Source: Acidobacteriota bacterium
Lineage (GTDB): Bacteria > Acidobacteriota > Thermoanaerobaculia > UBA5066 > Gp7-AA6
Direction: 5' to 3'
NCBI GenBank assembly: GCA_046735265.1
Contig: JBKPSZ010000258.1
Coordinates: 1 to 51,527 of the forward strand
Length of the DNA: 51,527 nt
The position numbers were made by a program, and so were the translations under genes. The notes beneath the pieces were generated by a model, which did no database searches, was not told the DNA's origin, and worked only from the letters and a program-made list of their open reading frames with translations. Of the stretch, positions 25,165-32,670 are shown piece by piece. Position 1 is the first letter of the stretch, and every line of letters starts with the position of its first letter.

Positions 25165-26322
25165 ATGAGAAGAGTCGCGCGACGCGTGGTCGGGATGCTC
25201 CTGGGTCTGGCGCTTTCCTGGGCGACCTTTGCCGAGAACCCGCCGCGGGCGCGTGACCTCGGTGTCCCCTTCGAAGGGACGCCGGGACCCTCCAACGCGA
25301 TCACCGACGTCGCCGGCGTCGAAGTCGGCCAGACGACGCTCATTTCCGGAGACGGAAAGCTCGTCGTCGGGCAGGGGCCCGTCCGCACCGGCGTCACGGC
25401 GATCCTGCCGCGCGGCAAATCCTCGAACGACGACGCCGTCTTCGCCGGCTGGTTCTCGCAGAACGGGAATGGGGAGATGACCGGCACGACGTGGGTCGAG
25501 GAGTCCGGGTTCCTGGAAGGGCCGCTGCTCATCACCAACACCCACAGCGTCGGCGTCGTGCGGGATGCCGCCATCGCGTGGCGGGTGAAGCACGGCAAGG
25601 CCGACGCCTCCGGCTACTGGTGGTCTCTGCCGGTCGTCGCAGAGACGTGGGACGGATACTTGAACGACATCAACGGATTCCACGTCAAGCCCGAGCACGT
25701 CTTCTCGGCGCTCTCTTCCTCCGCCGGCGGCCGCGTCGCGGAAGGAAACGTCGGCGGCGGGACCGGGATGATCTGCTACGAGTTCAAGGGCGGCATCGGC
25801 ACGAGCTCGCGGCGTCTTTCCTCCAAGCGCGGCGGCTACACCGTCGGCGCGCTCGTCCAGTGCAACTGCGGGAGGCGGTCGCAACTGACCGTGGCGGGCG
25901 TTCCGGTCGGACGCGAGATCCCGGGGACGGTCTACGGGGAGGACACGGGCTCGATCATCATCGCCGTGGCGACGGATGCGCCGCTCCTACCGCACCAGTT
26001 GAAGCGCGTGGCGCGCCGCGCGACGATGGGGCTCGCGCGGACCGGCTCGACGTCGGGCAACGGCTCGGGAGACATCTTCATCGCGTTTTCGACGGCGAAC
26101 CCGAAGGCCTGGACGGCCGAGTCGCCGGTCCCGGTGAAGATGCTGCCCAACGAGGAGATGAACGGGCTCTTCGAGGCGACGGTTCAGTCGGTCGAGGAGG
26201 CGATCGTCAACGCGATGGTCGCCGCGGAGACGATGACGGGCGTCGATGGGCATCGGGCCGACCGGCTTCCCCACGACCGCCTGCGCGCGGCGCTCCAGAA
26301 GTACGGCCGTCTCGCGCCGTGA
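25165..26322 (+). CDS. P1 (DmpA/BapA, S58) family aminopeptidase, secreted
   Basis: 385 aa with a signal peptide. Contains ...NAITDVAGVEVGQTT... and ...GGGTGMICYEFKGGIGTSS..., with the self-processing nucleophile region ...GSIIIAVATDAPL... Confidence 0.83.
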   Translation: MRRVARRVVGMLLGLALSWATFAENPPRARDLGVPFEGTPGPSNAITDVAGVEVGQTTLISGDGKLVVGQGPVRTGVTAILPRGKSSNDDAVFAGWFSQNGNGEMTGTTWVEESGFLEGPLLITNTHSVGVVRDAAIAWRVKHGKADASGYWWSLPVVAETWDGYLNDINGFHVKPEHVFSALSSSAGGRVAEGNVGGGTGMICYEFKGGIGTSSRRLSSKRGGYTVGALVQCNCGRRSQLTVAGVPVGREIPGTVYGEDTGSIIIAVATDAPLLPHQLKRVARRATMGLARTGSTSGNGSGDIFIAFSTANPKAWTAESPVPVKMLPNEEMNGLFEATVQSVEEAIVNAMVAAETMTGVDGHRADRLPHDRLRAALQKYGRLAP

Positions 26323-26783
26323 GCACTCCGCCCGATCCCGCCGCGATGCTCGCCGTGGCGCTCGGCGAGGCGCGGCTCGGGCTCTCCGAAGGCGGAGTGC
26401 CGGTCGGAGCCGCGCTCTTCGACGCGGAGGGACGGCTCCTCGGACGCGGGAGGAACCGCCGCGTGCAGGAGGCCGATCCTTCCGTGCACGGCGAGACCGA
26501 CGCCTTCCGGAAGGCGGGACGCCAGAAGACCTACCGCGACAAGTTCCTCGCGACGACCCTCGCCCCGTGCTGGTACTGCAGCGGCCTCGTGCGCCAGTTC
26601 GGGATCGGGACGGTCGTCGTCGGCGACTCGGTCAGCTTCTTCGGCGGCCTCGACTGGCTCCGGGAGAACGGCGTGCGCGTCCTCGACCTCGCCTCAGGAG
26701 AATGCATCGAGATGATGCGCGAATTCATCCGGACGCGACCCGAGCTGTGGAACGAGGACATTGGGGAGGATCCGGCGACCTAG
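26319..26783 (+). CDS. CMP/dCMP-type zinc deaminase (Fcy1-like cytosine deaminase / nucleoside deaminase)
   Basis: GTG at 26319, in a GTGA overlap with the DmpA stop. Has HGETDA and PCWYCSG zinc motifs. About 154 aa. Confidence 0.82.
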   Translation: MSTPPDPAAMLAVALGEARLGLSEGGVPVGAALFDAEGRLLGRGRNRRVQEADPSVHGETDAFRKAGRQKTYRDKFLATTLAPCWYCSGLVRQFGIGTVVVGDSVSFFGGLDWLRENGVRVLDLASGECIEMMREFIRTRPELWNEDIGEDPAT

Positions 26784-26785
26784 GT

Positions 26786-26848
26786 GCCGATTTTCGATTG
26801 GCGACTGCCGATTGGTGATTGGCGATTGCGGATTGCCGATCGTCGGTA
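26786..26848. repeat. CGATTGG-type short direct repeats (family member 2, one arm only)
   Basis: The sequence is ccgattttcgattggcgactgccgattggtgattggcgattgcggattgccgatcgtcgg. It lies between the convergent deaminase and icd genes. Confidence 0.6.
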
Positions 26849-26854
26849 CCTCTC

Positions 26855-28303
26855 CTACTCCCCTTGGCCCAGCGAAAACCCCTTCTCTCCGTCGAACGTC
26901 TGGAGCGTCTCGGTCTTGACGAATTCGAGGCCCGCTCCCGTGATCCGGCCGAGGAGCTCGACGATCCCGCCCTGTGAGACGGCGCCCCCGCCGTCCGCGA
27001 CGAAGCGGCAGCGTGCCTCGTCCACGCGCAGCGTCTCCGGCATGCCGCCGGGCCAGACCTTGACGCCGCGACAGGTCATCATCGTCAGCCGGAAACCGGG
27101 GGCGGCCAGCGGAACGAGCTTCTCCGCGAGCGCATCGGTGTCGCGGCTCTTCCAGCCGACGTAGACGTCCACGCCGACCGTCTCGCGCCGGGCGGCAGGC
27201 CGCGACGCCTCCTTCGTCTCCGCGCTCTTCACGGGGGCGGCTCCGTACTCGACGGCTTTCAGCTGCTGCGGTTTCTTTCCGAGCCGCTCGACGACCGCCT
27301 TCGCGAACTCGCTCGTGCCGACCTTCTGCTGGCTGACGCCCGGCTTGAAGACGTCGTAGGTGTGGACGCCGTCCTCGAGGGTCGAAAGCCAGGCGTTGTG
27401 CACGCGTTCGGCGACGTCGCCCTGGCCGATATGGACGAGCATCATCACGCCCCCGAGCAGGAGGCCCGAGGGGTTCGCCACGTTCTGCCCCGCGCGGCGC
27501 GGCGCCGAGCCGTGGATCGCTTCGAACATGGCGCAGCCCGAGCCGATGTTGGCCGAGCCCGCGAGCCCGACGGAGCCCGCGATCTGCGCCGCGACGTCGG
27601 AGAGGACATCCCCGTAGAGATTCGGCATCACGATGACGTCGAAGGCTTCGGGCGTATCGGCGAGCTTCGCGGCGCCGATGTCCACGATCCAGTGCTCCTT
27701 CTCGAGGTCCGGATACTGCGCTCCGATCTCGTCGAAGACGCGATGGAAGAGGCCATCGGTCAGCTTCATGATGTTGTCCTTCGTGAAGCACGTCACCTTC
27801 TTGCGCCTGTTGCGCCGCGCGTACTCGAAGGCGTAGCGGACGATCTTTTCCGAGCCCGGGCGCGTGATGAGCTTCAGACACTCGTAGACCTCGTCGGTCA
27901 AGCGGTACTCGATCCCGGCGTACAGGTCCTCTTCGTTCTCGCGGACGATCACGACGTCCATCGAGGGATGCTTCGTCGCGACGAAGGGGTGGTAGGACAC
28001 GCAGGGCCGGACGTTGGCGTAGAGACCGAGCGTCTTGCGGGTCGTGACGTTCAGGCTCTTGAAGCCGCCGCCCTGGGGGGTGGTGATCGGTGCCTTCAGG
28101 AAGACTTTCGTCCGCCGCAGTGAGTCCCACGAAGACCCCTCGATGCCGGCGGTGTTGCCTCGCTGGTAAACCTTCTCGCCGATCTCGATCACTTCGGGCT
28201 CGATGCGAGCGCCCGCGGCCTCGAGGATCGAGAGGGTCGCGGACATGATCTCGGGCCCGATTCCGTCGCCGTAGGCGACCGTGATCGGCGTCTTGGCGCT
28301 CAT
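26855..28303 (-). CDS. icd: isocitrate dehydrogenase with an extra ~130-aa C-terminal domain
   Basis: 482 aa. Contains ...GDGIGPEI..., ...VRENEEDLYAGIE... and ...NLYGDVLSDVAAQIAGSVGLAGSANIG... The region after about residue 350 has no counterpart in ~400-aa prokaryotic homodimeric IDHs. Confidence 0.88.
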   Translation of the reverse strand: MSAKTPITVAYGDGIGPEIMSATLSILEAAGARIEPEVIEIGEKVYQRGNTAGIEGSSWDSLRRTKVFLKAPITTPQGGGFKSLNVTTRKTLGLYANVRPCVSYHPFVATKHPSMDVVIVRENEEDLYAGIEYRLTDEVYECLKLITRPGSEKIVRYAFEYARRNRRKKVTCFTKDNIMKLTDGLFHRVFDEIGAQYPDLEKEHWIVDIGAAKLADTPEAFDVIVMPNLYGDVLSDVAAQIAGSVGLAGSANIGSGCAMFEAIHGSAPRRAGQNVANPSGLLLGGVMMLVHIGQGDVAERVHNAWLSTLEDGVHTYDVFKPGVSQQKVGTSEFAKAVVERLGKKPQQLKAVEYGAAPVKSAETKEASRPAARRETVGVDVYVGWKSRDTDALAEKLVPLAAPGFRLTMMTCRGVKVWPGGMPETLRVDEARCRFVADGGGAVSQGGIVELLGRITGAGLEFVKTETLQTFDGEKGFSLGQGE

Positions 28304-28416
28304 GGACGTCTCCTCCTCCGGAACTCCCGGTCAAAAATGGCGTGCATTATGCAACGAGCCGGCACCTACGTGCCGGCTCCGAAAGGACTTATCGAAGGCT
28401 TTATAATCTCGCGGAC

Positions 28417-28779
28417 GTGAGATCCTCGATTTCCTTCATCGAGTCGACCGAGCGCTCCATGCCCGGCAGCGAAGCGCTCGCGCTCCGGTACGATCCGTCG
28501 CGCCGGGTCATGCTGCGTTTCCGGCTGCAGGCCTCCACTCCCGAAGACCTGGAAGCCTTACGGTACGCGCGGCGGGCCATGATCCGTGAGGAGCGGACCC
28601 GCGGACTCGAGTGGGAGGAGCCCTCGATGGAGGATCCCACGTTCACGGCGAATGAGGTGCGATGGTTCGCGCTGACTTCGCAGGCGGCCTGGTGCCGTCA
28701 GAAGATCTCCGAGCTGGTGGACCGAGCCAATCGCGCGGTGGAGGATCTGCGGGAGACCTCGGCCAATTTCGCCGACTAA
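28417..28779 (+). CDS. hypothetical small protein, paralog A (start uncertain: GTG 28417 or ATG 28459)
   Basis: Shares about 35% identity by eye over ~95 aa with the 28912..29271 product (LEAL.YARR.I.REE.T.G.E...F...E..W...LT...C..K..EL..RANRA). A TATAAT hexamer sits at 28402-28407, just upstream of GTG 28417. Confidence 0.5.
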   Translation: MRSSISFIESTERSMPGSEALALRYDPSRRVMLRFRLQASTPEDLEALRYARRAMIREERTRGLEWEEPSMEDPTFTANEVRWFALTSQAAWCRQKISELVDRANRAVEDLRETSANFAD

Positions 28780-28911
28780 CCGTTACCTTCCGTAACGGGT
28801 TCTCGCGGGATCCGGCCCGCTCCGACGATTCGGTCTCTCTTCCAAGCCTTTTGCGGCGAAGACTTAGCACACTTTGCCGAGGACGGCACGTCCTTCGCAA
28901 AATCGACACGC

Positions 28912-29271
28912 ATGGACTCGAAGATTCGACTGGAGATCGCCGGCGAAGTTTCACCGGACGCGGTCGCGTCGCGGGGCTCGGTGGCGCTCGCCGCCGCTCC
29001 CGACGCCCGGATCACGCTCCGCATCTCGATCGAGGCCCCGGGGCTGTCCGGCCTCGAGGCGCTCAAGCACGCGCGGCGTTCGATCCTCCGCGAGGAGTGG
29101 ACGCTCGGCGCGGAGCCCGGTACGCCGACGCTGCAGACCGCGGAATTCTCCTCGTCCGAGATCGTATGGACGGTTCCTCTGACGCACGTGGAACGCTGCC
29201 TCGAAAAGGTGGCCGAGCTCGAAGCGCGCGCAAACCGCGCGCTCGCCCAGATCCCTTCCCGGGAGCGGTGA
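28912..29271 (+). CDS. hypothetical small protein, paralog B
   Basis: 119 aa. Collinear similarity with paralog A. No known family recognised. Confidence 0.5.
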   Translation: MDSKIRLEIAGEVSPDAVASRGSVALAAAPDARITLRISIEAPGLSGLEALKHARRSILREEWTLGAEPGTPTLQTAEFSSSEIVWTVPLTHVERCLEKVAELEARANRALAQIPSRER

Positions 29272-29296
29272 GGGGGACGTTTCGGGGGACGCTCGG

Positions 29297-29683
29297 ATGA
29301 GCGGCCGCCGGATCCGCAACCTGATCCTCCTGGCGCTCGTCGTCGGCGTCGGCTACTGGTACTACAAGGAGCGGCCCACCCTCGGCGGATTCATCGACGG
29401 CATCACCGAGCCGCTCTTCGGATCGCGGGCGGCCGTGAAGGAGTCGGAGCGCAAGCGCGTGATCGACGATGCCTCCACGGTGATCACCCAGCAGACCGAC
29501 GAAAACGTCGGCATGCTGCGCCTGGGGATGTCGATGTCCGACGTCCGCGATCTGCTCGGCAGCCCGGACAAGATCGAGGTGCTGACACAGAACGATCCGG
29601 TCAAGGTGCGCTGGGATTACCGCGTCGTCAAGCGGAGCGTCTTCTTCGAAAACGGCCGGGTCGCGTCGATCGCCATCCGGTAG
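29297..29683 (+). CDS. membrane-anchored protein with a BamE/SmpA-OmlA-like C-terminal domain
   Basis: 128 aa. Has the N-terminal TM segment RNLILLALVVGVGYWYY. ...LRLGMSMSDVRDLLGSPDKIE... resembles a BamE-like fold signature. Its 3' end overlaps the convergent glk by 67 nt. Confidence 0.5.
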   Translation: MSGRRIRNLILLALVVGVGYWYYKERPTLGGFIDGITEPLFGSRAAVKESERKRVIDDASTVITQQTDENVGMLRLGMSMSDVRDLLGSPDKIEVLTQNDPVKVRWDYRVVKRSVFFENGRVASIAIR

Positions 29684-30651
29684 GCGGCCGCGGCCGCGCC
29701 GAAGAGACCGAGGAGCGGCTCGACGACGATCCGGACGGGAATGCCGCGGAGAAACTCGGAGAGCGGCGGCTTCTCCCGAGACGACGCGAGGAACGCGCCC
29801 CGCTCGATCGCGGGAAGGATTTTCGGCGCAATCCCTCCCGCGACGAAGTCGCCGCCCGTCGCGCGGTACTGGAGCGCCAGGTTCCCCGCCTCGGAGCCGT
29901 AGAGGGACACGAAGAGGTCGAGGGTCTCCCGGCAGAGACGGTCGGCGTTCTCGAGGCCGAACCGGGAGATGACGGCCGCCCTGTCCGGCTCGCCTGCCAG
30001 CGCCCGCGCGACCTCTTCGCTTTCCGCAACCTGTCCTTCGGCGGCGAGAAAGTCGTAGATCCACCCGATGCCTTCTCCCGAGAGGACGCGGTCCCACTCG
30101 GCGCGGCCGATCCGTTCCCGAAGGAACCGCGCGAATCGGTCCTCGCGGTCGTCGCGAGGGGAGAAGTCCTTGTGGCCCCCCTCGGAGGCGAAGGGCTCGT
30201 AGCGCCCGGCGACAAAGAGAAGCGCCCCCTCCCCGAGCCCGGTGCCGGCGCCGATCAGGGCGATCGGTCCCCCCCGTTCCGGATTTCCGCGAGTGAGCGT
30301 GCGGACCTGGCGCGGCCGGAGATACGGCAGGCCGAGCGCGTTGGCGACGAAGTCGTTGACCAGGCGAAACGAAGTCTTCGGGAAGCGCCGTTCGAGGACC
30401 CGCTCGTCGATCGACCAGGGGAGCTTGGTGACGCGCACGCGGCGCTGGCGGACCGGTCCGGCCACCCCGGCGCCGGCGAACCGCGGCGCCGGCCCCGCGC
30501 CGTCGAGAAAGTCTTCGAGGAGGTCGCCGAAGGAGCGGTGCTCGCCGCTCGAAAAACGGCGGTGCCGGACGAGCGAGAGCGAGCCCGCTTCGATGTCGAC
30601 GATCGCGGCCACGGTCTTCGTCCCGCCGACATCGGCCGCGAGCACCCTCAC
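29617..30651 (-). CDS. glk: glucokinase
   Basis: 344 aa. Has the MRVLAADVGGTKT ATP-binding start, and ...VNDFVANA... and ...GAGTGLGE... as in Glk. Confidence 0.87.
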   Translation of the reverse strand: MRVLAADVGGTKTVAAIVDIEAGSLSLVRHRRFSSGEHRSFGDLLEDFLDGAGPAPRFAGAGVAGPVRQRRVRVTKLPWSIDERVLERRFPKTSFRLVNDFVANALGLPYLRPRQVRTLTRGNPERGGPIALIGAGTGLGEGALLFVAGRYEPFASEGGHKDFSPRDDREDRFARFLRERIGRAEWDRVLSGEGIGWIYDFLAAEGQVAESEEVARALAGEPDRAAVISRFGLENADRLCRETLDLFVSLYGSEAGNLALQYRATGGDFVAGGIAPKILPAIERGAFLASSREKPPLSEFLRGIPVRIVVEPLLGLFGAAAAAYRMAIDATRPFSKKTLRLTTR

Positions 30652-30684
30652 GGAACGAACTTATCTCCTCGATAGACGGGTGGT

Positions 30685-30820
30685 CCATCGGGCCATCGGA
30701 TGATCGGGGGATCGGGCGATCGGGAAGCCATCATCGACCCACCGATCCCCCGCTGAACCGATGACCCGATGATCCGATCCAAGATGGTCCGATGATCCGA
30801 TCAACCGATGATCCGATTCC
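30685..30820. repeat. GATCGG/CCGATC-rich imperfect palindrome (family member 3)
   Basis: The left arm is ccatcgggccatcggatgatcgggggatcgggcgatcggg. The right arm is ccgatcccccgctgaaccgatgacccgatgatccgatcc...ccgatgatccgatcaaccgatgatccgattcc. Confidence 0.7.
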
Positions 30821-30854
30821 AAAAAGGCGCCCCGGGGCGGGGAGCCCGCGAGGC

Positions 30855-30894
30855 AAAAAAAAGCCCCGGGTCGGGGTGGGTCCGCCCGGGGGGC
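30855..30894 (-). terminator. intrinsic terminator with no annotated gene upstream
   Basis: The reverse strand reads GCCCCCCGGGCGGACCCACCCCGACCCGGGGC followed by TTTTTTTT. The stems are CCCCGGG/CCCGGGG plus an inner CGG/CCG. Confidence 0.65.
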
Positions 30895-30968
30895 GAAAGG
30901 AGGAGGTGAGGTTTTGATCCTCGATCTCTCTGGATAGCAAGCGCGCGGCCACCTCAGCTGTTATCGAC

Positions 30969-30991
30969 AAGTGACTGTAAATAAATCACTT
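30969..30991. promoter_or_regulatory. palindrome AAGTGA-N11-TCACTT inside the AT-rich island (candidate operator)
   Basis: Perfect 6-nt inverted arms sit in the only strongly AT-rich stretch of the window. It lies between the divergent glk and cls genes. Confidence 0.3.
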
Positions 30992-31056
30992 AAGTCTGAA
31001 GGTGTCTGTCCAATCTGACGTTGTTTGTCATCTTTCTGCACAATTTGTAACAACCT

Positions 31057-32409
31057 TTGCCCGGTGTGTCAGAGGGCGCCCGAGATTTGCGTTCCTCTCG
31101 GCCGCAACCTCGCCGGCCGCCGATACACTGCGTGCCCTTGCTGAATGACCCGTCGCCGCGAGGCCGCGCCCGTCTCGCGCTTCTCCTTCTCTGCGCCGTG
31201 TCGGTCTCGGCCTGCACGATCTTTTCCGACAAGCGCACCGAGTACCACTACGACCCTCCCTACGGCGTCGACAGCCCGGAATTCCGCCGGTCTCTCGACG
31301 CGCTCGGAACGGAGATGGTGCCCGGCAATCGGGCGGAGCTCCTCTCGAACGGCGCCGGGATCTTCCCGTCGATGCTCCAGGCGATCCGCGAGGCGAAGTC
31401 GAGCGTCAACATCGAGATCTATCTGTTCGACGACGGCAAGACCGCGACGAGCTTCGCCGAGGCCCTCGCTCAGAAAGCCCGGGAAGGAGTGGAGGTCCGT
31501 CTCCTGATCGATGGCGTCGGCGCGCGCCTCGGATTTCTTCAGGACCTGATGGAGAAGGCGGGCGTCAAGGTCCGGATCTACCGGCCGCTGCGGATCTACT
31601 CCATCACCCGCATCGGGAATCGCACGCATCGAAAGATCATGACCGTGGACGGGACGATCGGGTTCTGCGGCGGGGTCGGCATCGACGAGCGCTGGGCCGG
31701 CGACGCGCGAAACCCGCGCGAGTGGCGCGACGTGATGATCCGCGTCGAGGGGCCGGTCGTGTCGCAGCTCCAGAGCATCTTCCTCGAGGACTGGCTCCAT
31801 ACGACCGGCGAGGTCCTCTCCGGAGACGGTCAGTTTCCGCCGCTCGTGCCGATCGGCGACATGCAGGCGCAGGCGGTCGCCGCGTCGCGGGCCGATCAGA
31901 GCTCGATGGCGAAGCTGCTCTACTACATGGCGATCCAGGCGGCGCGGCGCCGCATCTGGATCGAAAACGCTTATTTCGTGCCGGATCGACAGATCCGCAA
32001 GGGTCTCGTACAGGCGGTCGCGCGAGGCGTGGAGGTCAAGATCGTGGTGCCGGGAGAGCACATCGACATCCCGGCGATCCGGATGGCCTCGCGGTACCAC
32101 TACGGCGAGCTCCTGGATGGAGGTGTGGAGATCTACGAATACCTTCCGACGATGATGCACAACAAGATCATGGTCGTGGACGGCATCTGGTCGACGGTGG
32201 GGTCGATCAATTTCGACAACCGCTCGATGCGCAAGAACGCCGAGGCGAACGTGGCGGTCTACGATCGCGAGTACGCGCGCCTGCTGGAAGAAATGATCCA
32301 AGAGGATCTTCTCGCCTGCGAGCGCTTCACGAAGGAGAAGTGGAAGAAGCGCGGTCTGCCCGCCCGGTTCGGCGAGTTGTTCTTCTGGCTGTTCTCGGAG
32401 AATTACTAG
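31057..32409 (+). CDS. cls: cardiolipin synthase / phospholipase-D-family protein (lipoprotein-like N-terminus; alternative start GTG 31132)
   Basis: Has two HKD motifs, HRKIMTVDG and HNKIMVVDG, and the signal/lipobox-like segment LALLLLCAVSVSAC. Confidence 0.87.
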   Translation: MPGVSEGARDLRSSRPQPRRPPIHCVPLLNDPSPRGRARLALLLLCAVSVSACTIFSDKRTEYHYDPPYGVDSPEFRRSLDALGTEMVPGNRAELLSNGAGIFPSMLQAIREAKSSVNIEIYLFDDGKTATSFAEALAQKAREGVEVRLLIDGVGARLGFLQDLMEKAGVKVRIYRPLRIYSITRIGNRTHRKIMTVDGTIGFCGGVGIDERWAGDARNPREWRDVMIRVEGPVVSQLQSIFLEDWLHTTGEVLSGDGQFPPLVPIGDMQAQAVAASRADQSSMAKLLYYMAIQAARRRIWIENAYFVPDRQIRKGLVQAVARGVEVKIVVPGEHIDIPAIRMASRYHYGELLDGGVEIYEYLPTMMHNKIMVVDGIWSTVGSINFDNRSMRKNAEANVAVYDREYARLLEEMIQEDLLACERFTKEKWKKRGLPARFGELFFWLFSENY

Positions 32410-32450
32410 GCCTGCGGGCCACCGGCGACCAATCGTCTCCGGGTGTCGGG

Positions 32451-32472
32451 GCGGGGCTCGTCCCCGCCCGCG
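32451..32472. repeat. inverted solo copy of the same REP-like hairpin
   Basis: gcggggctcgtccccgcccgcg is the exact reverse complement of 18979-19000. Confidence 0.8.
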
Positions 32473-32670
32473 CTGAGCGAAGAAGAGACGCTGAGTCCGC
32501 CGGCTCCGGCGATGCGGGCGACCGCGTACCGAGCGCCCGAAGGGCGCGACAAGCGCCGGGTTCGCCCGGCGCTAACGGCCGCCCCGACATCAGCCGCGGC
32601 GACGTTTCACGCGATTCGGCTCCGCGACGGTTGGACATCAATTGACCGTGGCGCCTCGTACTCTGTCTTC

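Noticed and set aside
24049-25884. 611-aa version of the second MBL hydrolase, and other N-terminal extensions in the track (5558..7624, 6901..8058, 8162..11623, 19063..20667, 21415..23940, 48279..49976, 42923..43846)
   Set aside because: The conserved protein begins at an internal start that forms a 4-nt overlap with the upstream gene or follows a good RBS. The extensions are low-complexity and overlap the upstream CDS or a gene on the opposite strand.
30731-30970. 79-aa minus-strand ORF (TTG start) across the glk-cls intergenic region
   Set aside because: It reads through an intrinsic terminator and the GATCGG repeat. It has low-complexity sequence, an alternative start codon and no RBS.
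32540-32640. attC-like boxes (GCGCTAAC ... GTTGGAC) and a GATTCGGC 8-mer upstream of the exonuclease gene
   Set aside because: Only 5 bp of the outer boxes pair and the inner arms are not complementary. An 8-mer match is expected by chance in 51 kb.
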